64,000 bases of DNA, taken from the IMG/VR virus record IMGVR_UViG_3300042520_001372; one strand, given 5' to 3'. The first letter of the stretch is position 1. Each line of letters starts with the position of its first letter. The stretch is from a virus. Positions 9,919-19,134 of the stretch are shown here, piece by piece. The notes under the pieces are model-generated. The model was not told where the DNA came from and did no database searches. It saw only the letters and a program-made list of their open reading frames with translations. The translations under genes were made by a program, and so were the position numbers.

Positions 9919-12900
9919 TTAGAAGTACCTAACCATGTAATTAATATCGAAAGGAGTTATCCCTGAGTTTGCAGCTGATAGCCAGGTCGGTGCTCCGTAG
10001 GTTATCGCAAAGCTTATTGCGGAAGTGTTACCGATATCTGTCGTAACTACTTCATTGATGACAGCACTTGTAGCTGCAAGAGAAACCGATACCATTATAG
10101 TTCCAACACGTTGGTTTGCACCTGTTGATGCGTCTTTTATAACGTAATCAACGAAGGCTGCATAGGTTGTACCGGGTACAAATGAAATAATATTAGTACC
10201 TGGGCCTGGACTTAGTAATGCCGGTGCTACTTCGTAGTCTATTACTGATCCGGAGATTGATAATGCTCCTCCGATATGGAGTTGCTGTTGGGGGGAGGTA
10301 GTGTTAACACCGACAAATCCTGTTGAACCGGTAACAAACATTCTTATGTTACCTGCACCGTCGGAGATGAAGATGTTACAGTTTTGAGTACCGAATCCGT
10401 TAGCTGATGCTCCACCTAAGATTACGTTACAAGCTCCTGTTGTAATACAGATACCAGATGATAGACCGATGGCTGTATTTCTGTTACCATAAGTAACATT
10501 TCTTAAAGCACTACTTCCTACAGCAGTATTATAACTGACAGCATTGTACCTTAAAGCATAGGCTCCTAAAGATGTATTATTGTTACCGACACTAGCTCTT
10601 GAGTTATTATAACCTATAGCTGTGTTATTTGATCCCCCGGTGTTGATTAATAAAGCACTTTGACCAAAAGCTGAGTTTCTTACACCGTTAACATTGTAAA
10701 ATAAAGCACCAGCACCAACAGCTGAGTTAGCGGTACCTGTTGTGTTACATCTTAAAGCACTTCCACCAACTGCTGTATTGTTATTAGCAGTATTACCTCG
10801 TAAAGCATAAAATCCAATACCTACATTACCTGAACCTATAATATTTGCTCTTAAAGCACTATGTCCTACAGCTGCGTTTTCTGCTCCAGTTGTATTAGCA
10901 ACAAGTGCTGCAAAACCCATGGCTGTGTTATTAGCGCCTGTAGTGGTAGATTCCATAGCATATGTACCAACAGCTGTATTTCCACTAACTGTATTTGCTT
11001 CTAATGCTTGATCCCCTAAAGCAGTATTTCCAGTACCTGAAATGTTTAATCTTAAAGTGCATCTACCTATAGCTGTGTTTCCGTAACCCCCAGCATTACA
11101 CCTAGCGGCACAGAAACCAACCGCTGTATTACCAGAGGCTGTATTGTCTATAAGAGCTTGAGTACCTACAGCTGTGTTTTGGGTACCTACAATATTAGAA
11201 ATCAAGGCACCACAGCCTACAGCTACGTTATTTGTTCCTGTTGTATTAGCCCTCAAAGCGGCATAACCTACTGCTGTGTTATTTGATGCTGTGTTAGCAC
11301 ATAAAGCATTTAAACCTATAGCAACGTTAGAAATACCTGTTGTATTATTTCTTAAAGAATAAACACCTAAAGCTGTGTTTGCTTGACCTGTACTGTTACA
11401 AAGTTGAGAGTACCAACCTACTGCTGTATTGTTAGATCCTGTGGTAGTAGCTTCTAAAGCACCTCTACCAATTGCTGTGTTTCCACCTGCTGTTGTATTA
11501 TTAAATAAGGCACTAGAACCTACTGCTGTATTTCTATCACCTATTGTGTTAAGTTGCAAAGCATTAGTTCCTAAGGCTGTGTTTGAACTACCAATTGTAT
11601 TTGTTGATAATGAATTAATACCTACAGCTACGTTATTTGTTCCTGTTGTATTACTTCTTAATGCACAGAAACCTACTGCTGTGTTGTTTGATGCTGTGTT
11701 ACAACGTAATGCGTTAGTTCCTAATGCTGTGTTGTTTGAACCAACAAGGTTGTAAGCTAGTGACTGGTTACCTACAGCAACGTTATTTTCTCCTGTACTA
11801 TTGTTTCTTAATGTATAATATCCAACAGCTGTATTGAGTTTTCCTGTTGTATTCAGTCTTAGTGAGAAATGTCCTATTCCCACATTTCTGGTACCAATAG
11901 TGTTAGAACATAGAGCATTAACACCAACGGCTGTGTTTGTTGTTCCGGTTGTATTACTTCTTAATGAATTGTAACCTACAGCTGTGTTGTTTGAGGCTGT
12001 GTTAGTTCTTAAAGCATAATATCCAATACCTACATTACTTGACCCTACAGTATTTGTTAATAAAGCACTTAAGCCAATAGCAATGTTTGATTTACCTGTA
12101 GTGTTGTCTCTTAAAGCATTATGACCTAGAGCTACATTATAAGTTCCTGTAGTGTTGCACCGTAAAGACTGAAAGCCTACTGCTGTGTTGTATGAGGCTG
12201 TGTTGCTTGTTAGGGCTTGGTAACCTATAGCGGTATTATTAATACCGGTTTGGTTTGCTCTTAGGGCAAATACACCAACTGCTGTGTTTTTTGTTCCTGT
12301 TGTATTACTACGTAAAGAATAGTATCCAAAAGCAGTATTGCTGTTGGCTGTATTGAACAGTAAAGAACTTCTACCCATTGCGGTATTAGAACGTCCTGTG
12401 ACATTACTGTACAAGGCTTGTCTACCTACTGCTGTGTTATTGTATCCTGTAGTGTTAAGTTGAAGGGCTCCTAAACCTACTGCTGTGTTATCAACACCTG
12501 TTGTATTATTACGTAAAGCAAAAGCACCAAGGGCAGTATTACATCCTCCTATTGTAGTATTAACTAAAGCACAAGTACCTACAGCTACGTTGTTTGTTCC
12601 TGTTGTATTTTGTCTTAGTGAACAAAAACCTACTGCTGTGTTACTTGTTCCTGTTGTATTACTTCTTAATGTATAAAAACCTACAGCAGTATTACTATTA
12701 GCTGTATTATACAACATTGATTGGAAACCAACAGCTGTATTGTTTGAACCAGCATTTCCAACCTGCATTGCACTAGTTCCTACAGCCACGTTACTAGCAC
12801 CACCTGTGTTTGCACATAAAGCAGCACCACCAAGGGCTGTGTTGTAGTTACCAGTAATGTTTCTTAATGTATTTGTACCTACACCCACGTTGTAGTTGTT

Positions 12901-15900
12901 GGCAGTAGCTGAGTTTAAAGAGTTTACACCAATACCAACATTATTGCTACCGTTTGTATTAGCTATTAAAGCATTTATACCTATAGAAACGTTATTAACT
13001 CCGGTTGTATTACATCTTAAAGTATTATATCCTAAAGCCGTATTATTAATACCGGTTGTATTACCTATTAAGGTATATTTACCAACACCGGTGTTACCTG
13101 TTCCGACTGTATTACTTTCTAACACTCTAAAACCTACGGCAGTATTATGTACACCTGTTGTATTACTAGATAACGCGCAAGTACCTACTGCTGTGTTAGA
13201 TGAAGCTGTATTAATAAGCAAAGACCTAAAACCTAACGATACGTTATTATCACCGGTAATGTTACATATAAGAGCTTGTGTTCCTATAGCAGTGTTACGG
13301 TTACCTGTAGTAATTTTACATGCTGTTTCATAACCTAAAGCTACGTTATTTATACCTCCGGTATTGTTAAATAATGATAATGTACCAACTGAAGTATTAT
13401 TAATACCTGTTGTGTTACATTTTAAAGAATTTGAACCTACTGAAACGTTATATTTACCTGTTGTATTACTTCGTAAAGCACTATATCCAACAGCTGTATT
13501 GTTTGATGCTGTGTTAGAGAATAAAGATCTAAATCCAAGAGCTGTATTATTTGTTCCGGCAACATTAGAATATAAAGCACCGCAACCCATGGCAATATTA
13601 TAACTACCGCCTTGGTTTAATCTCATTGAGAGATTACCAACAGTTACGTTTTGTACACCTGTAGTGTTTGAACATAAAGCATAGTAACCTAAACCTACGT
13701 TACCAACACCAGTAGAATTACAACGTAAGGAACTACGGCCTGCGGCTACGTTTCTACAACCTGTTAAGTTAGCAATCATAGAACTATACCCTATAGCTGT
13801 ATTTGCTACTCCGGAAGTGTTAAGAGCTAAGGCATTATAACCTACTGCTGTATTAGCACCCCCTGTTGTATTATCTCGAAGGGCTTGAAAACCTAAAGCT
13901 GTATTTTGAACACCTGTAGTATTATTTCTTAATGCACAGAAACCTACTGCTGTGTTGTTTGATGCTGTATTTGCTTGAAGTGCTCTAGAACCTAAAGCTG
14001 TATTATTATTACCACTTATATTACTATTTAAAGAATCGTTACCTACTGATGTATTACAAGAGCCTACAGTAGTGTATCTTAAGGCTGATATACCTATTGC
14101 TGTATTTAAAACACCTGTAGTATTACTTTGAAGAGATAAAGCACCTAATGAAGTATTATATGAACCAATAGTGTTGTTTGACAATGATGTAACACCAACA
14201 GCTGTATTAAGTGTTCCTGTTGTATTACTTCTTAATGCACAAAAACCAATGGTTGTGTTGTTGGATGCTGTATTGCAGTTTAGACTATAATGTCCTAAAG
14301 CTGTATTATTAACCCCTGTTGTATTATACTGTAAAGCACCTCCGCCTATTGCTGTATTTTTAATTCCTACTGTATTATACTGTAAAGCACTAGTACCTAC
14401 AGCAGTGTTCTGTGCTCCTGTTGTATTACTTCTTAACGCTAGAGACCCTAAAGCAACATTATATAATCCTGTTGTATTACTTCTCAATGCACAGAAACCT
14501 ACTGCTGTGTTGTTTGAGGCTGTGTTACAAGTTAAAGCAAAAGCACCAACAGCTGTATTTTTTCCTCCTGTTGTTGTTCCATATAATGTTCTGTGTCCAA
14601 AACCAGCATTGTACGCTCCTGTGGTGTTGCTTGATACAGAAAGATATCCAAAAGCACTATTATCAAATCCAGTTGTATTAGAATATAATGCTCCATTACC
14701 TAAAGCATTGTTTCTAAAACCAGTAGTATTAAGTATTAAAGCTACTCTACCAACAGCTACGTTATTAGCACCTGTTGTATTACATCTTAATGCACTATTA
14801 CCTAAAGCAGTATTGTTAAATCCAATAGTATTATTTTGTAAAGCTACAGCACCAACAGCAGTATTATTAAAACCTGTTGTATTGGTAAATAAAGCACTAG
14901 CACCTAATGATGTATTATATGCTCCTGTTGTATTAGTTCTTAAGGCATTAACACCAACTGCTGTATTGTTTACTCCTGTTGTATTATTTCTTAATGATAA
15001 GTATCCGACTGCTGTATTGTTAGATACTGTGTTGCAGAATAATGAAAAGAATCCTAGAGCTGTATTATTTGTTCCTACAGTATTATACTGTAAACTACCA
15101 AATCCTACTGCGGTATTATTTGCTCCGGTAGTATTGCAGAACATAGAACCTCTACCAATTGCTGTGTTAAAAGCACCTCCTGTATTAAATCTAAGAGATC
15201 CTAAACCAACAGCTGTATTTTCAGTTCCTGTTGTATTTACACATAAAGATTGAAAACCTATTGCTGTATTACATACACCTACAGTATTATTTTGTAAAGA
15301 ATATGTACCTACGGCTGTATTTAAAATACCTGTAGTGTTAAACTTTAAGGCTTGTGTACCTACAGCGGTATTACTTACTCCAGAAGTGTTATAAGCTAGA
15401 GCTAATTGACCTATACCAACATTATTAGCACCTGTATTATTTCTTAAAGCGTCAGTACCTATACCTATAGTATTTCCAATACCTGGACTGGCATACATTG
15501 CTGCTTCTCCAATAGCAATAACAGTATTTCCTGTAACTGAGCCTGCTGCTCTATAACCAATAGCAATATTGTTTGTACCGGCGGTATTTGCTGTTAAAGA
15601 ATTAGTACCAATTGCTATGTTTTGATTACCGGTTGTGTTACATCTTAGTGCTTTATAACCTAGAGCTACGTTTCTGCATCCTGCTGTATTATTTCTTAAT
15701 GCACAGAAACCTACTGCTGTGTTATTAGAGGCTGTGTTAGAAAGAAGTGTATAAAATCCAACTGCTGTATTACTTTTACCTATAGTGTTACTATATAAAC
15801 TACCATCACCAACAGCAGTATTATAATTACCAGTAGTATTATTTCTTAATGATACCCTACCTACAGCTGTATTTTGACTACCTAGAGTATTATTATATAA

Positions 15901-18600
15901 AGTAGATCTACCTAAAGCGGTATTATTGGAACCTACAGTATTATTTCTTAAAGCACTATTTCCTACAGCAATGTTATTAGTACCTGTTGTATTAACATTA
16001 AGAGCACCATGACCTACTGCCATGTTTTCAGAGGCAGTACTTACACGTAAAGCACTATTACCTATAGCAATGTTTTGTGAGGCTGTTGTTATACAATATA
16101 AAGCACAGTTACCAATAGATAAGTTAAAAGTACCTGTTGTTGTTCTTAATTGAGATAATATACCAACTCCTATGTTATTATTACCGGTTGTATTGCTTGA
16201 TAATGCTCCTCCACCTAAAGCAGTATTATATTGTCCTATTGTGTTGCTAGAAAGTGCACCTGAACCAACTGCTGTATTTGAACCTCCTGTGGTATTAGCT
16301 AACAAAGCATTAGCACCTACTGCAGTATTACCACTACCTATAGTATTTAAAGCTAAACTACTAGCTCCTAATGCTGTATTGTATGTTCCTGTGGTGTTAT
16401 TTCTTAAAGAAAGAGTTCCTAATGCAGTATTACAAAAACCTACAGTGTTACACTGTAATGATAAAGCGCCAACAGCAGTATTTCTTTTTCCTGTAGTGTT
16501 GTTTTGTAAAGCTGATGATCCTAAAGCTGCATTATAGTATCCTACTGTATTACTTCTTAATGAACAAAATCCTACGGCTGTATTATTTGATGCTGTATTG
16601 CAAAATAAAGCTAATTTACCAATAGCAACATTATTACTACCGACTGTATTGTTAGTTAATGATTGGTCTCCTACTGCTGTATTACAATTACCTGTGGTAT
16701 TGTAAAAACCAGAATCCATCCCTACTGATACATTATTTGAACCTATTGTATTAAATCTTAAAGATTCAGTACCAATCGCTACATTTCTAAGACCGGTTGT
16801 ATTACTTCTTAAACTATAGAAACCTACTGCTGTATTGTTTGAAGCTGTGTTAGATAATAATGATTGAACACCAACTGCTGTATTACTATTACCTGTTGTA
16901 TTAGAAGTTAAAGATTGGTGACCTAGAGCAGTATTAGAAGCACCTACTGTATTAGAAAATAAAGTATTAAAACCAACGGCCGTATTATTTACACCTGTTG
17001 TAGTACCTCCTAAAGCATTAATACCTATTGCTACGTTTGAGCCTGCTGTGCTATTCCTTAAGGCATAGTCTCCAATTGCAGTACTATAACACCCAGTTAC
17101 ATTTAATGCTAAAGCACAAAATCCAAATGCATTATTTCTTCTACCAACTGTATTAGAAACAAGCGCACTTCTACCTACTGCTGTGTTTACATCTCCTGTT
17201 GTATTACTTCTTAATGCACAGAAGCCGACTGCTGTGTTGTTTGATGCTGTGTTAGCACGTAAAGCGCTATCACCAACAGCAACATTACTAGAGGCCCCTG
17301 TACTACTATAAGCTGCGTAATAACCTAATGCTACGTTTGAACCACCGGTTGTATTAGCGTATAATGCTGTTCTACCTACAGCTGTATTTCTAGTACCTAT
17401 TGTGTTGTTGCGTAGTGTAATTACACCTACCGCTACGTTATTTGTTCCTGTGGTATTACTTCTTAATGCACAGAAGCCGACTGCTGTATTGTTTGATGCT
17501 GTGTTACAAAGTAATGATTGATATCCTAGCGCTGTATTATTATTACCGGCGCTATTAGAAAAAAGTGCTTGAGTACCAACAGCGGTATTTAAAGTTCCTG
17601 TAGTATTGTTAGGTAATGTTTCTTTACCAACAGCTACGTTATTTGATGCTGTATTTTGAACAAGTGCATTATAACCAAGTGCGGTGTTGTTATTACCGCC
17701 TGTATTAGCATAAAGTGCTGCCCGACCTAATGCTGTATTAAATGCACCTGTAGTATTATTTCGAAGTGATAATGCTCCTAAAGCTGTGTTACAAATACCT
17801 GTTGTATTTTGTTGGAGTGATTGTTGTCCAACTGCTACATTACTTCTACCAGTTATATTAGAGCAAAGAGCAGATACACCTATAGATACGTTATTTGTAC
17901 CTGTTGTATTATTCTGCAATGCACTAGAACCAATAGCTGTATTACTGTAACCTATTGTGTTTTGAGACATAGCCCCAAAACCTACAGAAGTATTACCTCC
18001 TCCAATTGTGTTACATATTAAACTATTAAGACCTATAGATGTGTTGTTTGTTCCTACTGTATTACATAATAAACTATTAAGACCTACAGCTGTGTTGTTT
18101 ACTCCTGTTGTATTAAATAATAAAGCATTTTGACCTAAAGCTGTGTTATTTGCTCCTGTTGTATTTGAAAAAAGAGCTTGGTTTCCAATACCTGTATTTC
18201 CAGTTCCTGTTGTGTTATTTCTTAATACACAAAAACCTATTGCAGTGTTACTAGAAACACTTCCTCCTCCTAATCCAACACTAACACTATTAAATGTTGA
18301 ATCTAAAGTAGATGTAGTATTACCGGTAATTGCTAAAGTCGAACCGTTAAAGGTAGCATTTGCTTCACCGTTAATAGCCGGAGTACCAGTTGCTGTTAAA
18401 AGGAAATTATCTGTATTGTTGGTAATGTTTACTGATCCTGATACAAATGAAGCAGTTAGTGCATAAGAAGCAGAAATGGCAAACGAGGCTGTACCGAATA
18501 AAGAGCCTGTAAATGATTGTGCTGTTACATTTTGAGTAACATTAAGTGAATTCAATGAGGCATCAGACCCCGATACAATCAGTTTTCTCCAATTTGGCAT
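9919..18600 (-). CDS. Giant repeat fibre protein (2893 aa), paralogue of 1861-9873 with a different C-terminal domain
   Basis: Same 14-aa repeats; shares CNVILG...NIFISDGAGNIRMFVTGSTGFVGV and then diverges; no S74 motif. Confidence 0.85.
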   Translation of the reverse strand: MPNWRKLIVSGSDASLNSLNVTQNVTAQSFTGSLFGTASFAISASYALTASFVSGSVNITNNTDNFLLTATGTPAINGEANATFNGSTLAITGNTTSTLDSTFNSVSVGLGGGSVSSNTAIGFCVLRNNTTGTGNTGIGNQALFSNTTGANNTALGQNALLFNTTGVNNTAVGLNSLLCNTVGTNNTSIGLNSLICNTIGGGNTSVGFGAMSQNTIGYSNTAIGSSALQNNTTGTNNVSIGVSALCSNITGRSNVAVGQQSLQQNTTGICNTALGALSLRNNTTGAFNTALGRAALYANTGGNNNTALGYNALVQNTASNNVAVGKETLPNNTTGTLNTAVGTQALFSNSAGNNNTALGYQSLLCNTASNNTAVGFCALRSNTTGTNNVAVGVITLRNNTIGTRNTAVGRTALYANTTGGSNVALGYYAAYSSTGASSNVAVGDSALRANTASNNTAVGFCALRSNTTGDVNTAVGRSALVSNTVGRRNNAFGFCALALNVTGCYSTAIGDYALRNSTAGSNVAIGINALGGTTTGVNNTAVGFNTLFSNTVGASNTALGHQSLTSNTTGNSNTAVGVQSLLSNTASNNTAVGFYSLRSNTTGLRNVAIGTESLRFNTIGSNNVSVGMDSGFYNTTGNCNTAVGDQSLTNNTVGSNNVAIGKLALFCNTASNNTAVGFCSLRSNTVGYYNAALGSSALQNNTTGKRNTAVGALSLQCNTVGFCNTALGTLSLRNNTTGTYNTALGASSLALNTIGSGNTAVGANALLANTTGGSNTAVGSGALSSNTIGQYNTALGGGALSSNTTGNNNIGVGILSQLRTTTGTFNLSIGNCALYCITTASQNIAIGNSALRVSTASENMAVGHGALNVNTTGTNNIAVGNSALRNNTVGSNNTALGRSTLYNNTLGSQNTAVGRVSLRNNTTGNYNTAVGDGSLYSNTIGKSNTAVGFYTLLSNTASNNTAVGFCALRNNTAGCRNVALGYKALRCNTTGNQNIAIGTNSLTANTAGTNNIAIGYRAAGSVTGNTVIAIGEAAMYASPGIGNTIGIGTDALRNNTGANNVGIGQLALAYNTSGVSNTAVGTQALKFNTTGILNTAVGTYSLQNNTVGVCNTAIGFQSLCVNTTGTENTAVGLGSLRFNTGGAFNTAIGRGSMFCNTTGANNTAVGFGSLQYNTVGTNNTALGFFSLFCNTVSNNTAVGYLSLRNNTTGVNNTAVGVNALRTNTTGAYNTSLGASALFTNTTGFNNTAVGAVALQNNTIGFNNTALGNSALRCNTTGANNVAVGRVALILNTTGFRNNALGNGALYSNTTGFDNSAFGYLSVSSNTTGAYNAGFGHRTLYGTTTGGKNTAVGAFALTCNTASNNTAVGFCALRSNTTGLYNVALGSLALRSNTTGAQNTAVGTSALQYNTVGIKNTAIGGGALQYNTTGVNNTALGHYSLNCNTASNNTTIGFCALRSNTTGTLNTAVGVTSLSNNTIGSYNTSLGALSLQSNTTGVLNTAIGISALRYTTVGSCNTSVGNDSLNSNISGNNNTALGSRALQANTASNNTAVGFCALRNNTTGVQNTALGFQALRDNTTGGANTAVGYNALALNTSGVANTAIGYSSMIANLTGCRNVAAGRSSLRCNSTGVGNVGLGYYALCSNTTGVQNVTVGNLSMRLNQGGSYNIAMGCGALYSNVAGTNNTALGFRSLFSNTASNNTAVGYSALRSNTTGKYNVSVGSNSLKCNTTGINNTSVGTLSLFNNTGGINNVALGYETACKITTGNRNTAIGTQALICNITGDNNVSLGFRSLLINTASSNTAVGTCALSSNTTGVHNTAVGFRVLESNTVGTGNTGVGKYTLIGNTTGINNTALGYNTLRCNTTGVNNVSIGINALIANTNGSNNVGIGVNSLNSATANNYNVGVGTNTLRNITGNYNTALGGAALCANTGGASNVAVGTSAMQVGNAGSNNTAVGFQSMLYNTANSNTAVGFYTLRSNTTGTSNTAVGFCSLRQNTTGTNNVAVGTCALVNTTIGGCNTALGAFALRNNTTGVDNTAVGLGALQLNTTGYNNTAVGRQALYSNVTGRSNTAMGRSSLLFNTANSNTAFGYYSLRSNTTGTKNTAVGVFALRANQTGINNTAIGYQALTSNTASYNTAVGFQSLRCNTTGTYNVALGHNALRDNTTGKSNIAIGLSALLTNTVGSSNVGIGYYALRTNTASNNTAVGYNSLRSNTTGTTNTAVGVNALCSNTIGTRNVGIGHFSLRLNTTGKLNTAVGYYTLRNNSTGENNVAVGNQSLAYNLVGSNNTALGTNALRCNTASNNTAVGFCALRSNTTGTNNVAVGINSLSTNTIGSSNTALGTNALQLNTIGDRNTAVGSSALFNNTTAGGNTAIGRGALEATTTGSNNTAVGWYSQLCNSTGQANTALGVYSLRNNTTGISNVAIGLNALCANTASNNTAVGYAALRANTTGTNNVAVGCGALISNIVGTQNTAVGTQALIDNTASGNTAVGFCAARCNAGGYGNTAIGRCTLRLNISGTGNTALGDQALEANTVSGNTAVGTYAMESTTTGANNTAMGFAALVANTTGAENAAVGHSALRANIIGSGNVGIGFYALRGNTANNNTAVGGSALRCNTTGTANSAVGAGALFYNVNGVRNSAFGQSALLINTGGSNNTAIGYNNSRASVGNNNTSLGAYALRYNAVSYNTAVGSSALRNVTYGNRNTAIGLSSGICITTGACNVILGGASANGFGTQNCNIFISDGAGNIRMFVTGSTGFVGVNTTSPQQQLHIGGALSISGSVIDYEVAPALLSPGPGTNIISFVPGTTYAAFVDYVIKDASTGANQRVGTIMVSVSLAATSAVINEVVTTDIGNTSAISFAITYGAPTWLSAANSGITPFDINYMVRYF
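10430..18270 (-). repeat. In-frame 14-aa tandem repeat array
   Basis: Visible directly; boundaries approximate. Confidence 0.9.
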
Positions 18601-18681
18601 ATATATACTCCTTTTGCGGTTAGAAACAGCGACGTTGCTGCCTACTTCCCTTGCGGGCCAACATTAGGTTTGTTATAAATA
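18601..18681 (-). promoter_or_regulatory. TATTTATA promoter plus structured 5' leader (three-way junction) and SD-like AAGGAG
   Basis: P1 GUUGG/CUAAC, P2 CCC-GCAA-GGG, P3 GGCAGC/GCUGUU; AAGGAG at 18608-18613. Confidence 0.6.
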
Positions 18682-18682
18682 T

Positions 18683-18910
18683 TTAAGATTTCAACTTACT
18701 TGTCGTATTCTTCTCAACAAGTTTTTGAAGCTCCTCTTGTTTTTTAGCTTCTTCAGCTTCTATAGTGAATTGAATGTTCATTATAGCTTCATCAAGTTTA
18801 TCCTGTAATCCTGCAATCACTCTTGCACTCTTTCCAGATATCTGAATAATATCTAGAGATTGTCTCATAATAGCGATTTCTTCCGGAGAAAGTCCAATTT
18901 CGTAATTCAT
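18683..18910 (-). CDS. Small helical protein, possible fibre assembly factor
   Basis: 75-aa ORF; similar to its neighbour (LSPEE...ISG...LQDKL). Confidence 0.6.
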   Translation of the reverse strand: MNYEIGLSPEEIAIMRQSLDIIQISGKSARVIAGLQDKLDEAIMNIQFTIEAEEAKKQEELQKLVEKNTTSKLKS

Positions 18911-18912
18911 AA

Positions 18913-19125
18913 TTATTTACTAATAATATAATGGTTTTGAAGCTTTATTACAAGCTTATATAACATTTCAATTGCTTCTCCTTGAAAAGTAGACTGTTTG
19001 ATCATAGAAAGTAGGAACTGAAGTTCTTCTCTTGTGAGTGAATGATCCTGAGTAACAGGAGATAGGGGTTGTGGTTGACTGATTTGTTCAGAACCAACGA
19101 CTAGATTGTCTGCTTTTAGTGCCAT
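18913..19125 (-). CDS. Small helical protein, possible fibre assembly factor
   Basis: 70-aa ORF (LTREE...FQG...LVIKL). Confidence 0.6.
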   Translation of the reverse strand: MALKADNLVVGSEQISQPQPLSPVTQDHSLTREELQFLLSMIKQSTFQGEAIEMLYKLVIKLQNHYIISK

Positions 19126-19134
19126 AAACTTTTA

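Noticed and set aside
9874-9921. Read-through fusion of the two giant fibres (the 45-nt gap keeps them in frame)
   Set aside because: Two in-frame stops (TAA, then TGA) and a separate promoter box lie in the gap; ribosomal bypass cannot be excluded but has no positive support
2330-18270. CRISPR array or diversity-generating retroelement in the fibre repeats
   Set aside because: The repeats are in-frame coding with spacers that are themselves repeats; no cas genes, no reverse transcriptase, and no adenine-specific TR/VR pair were seen
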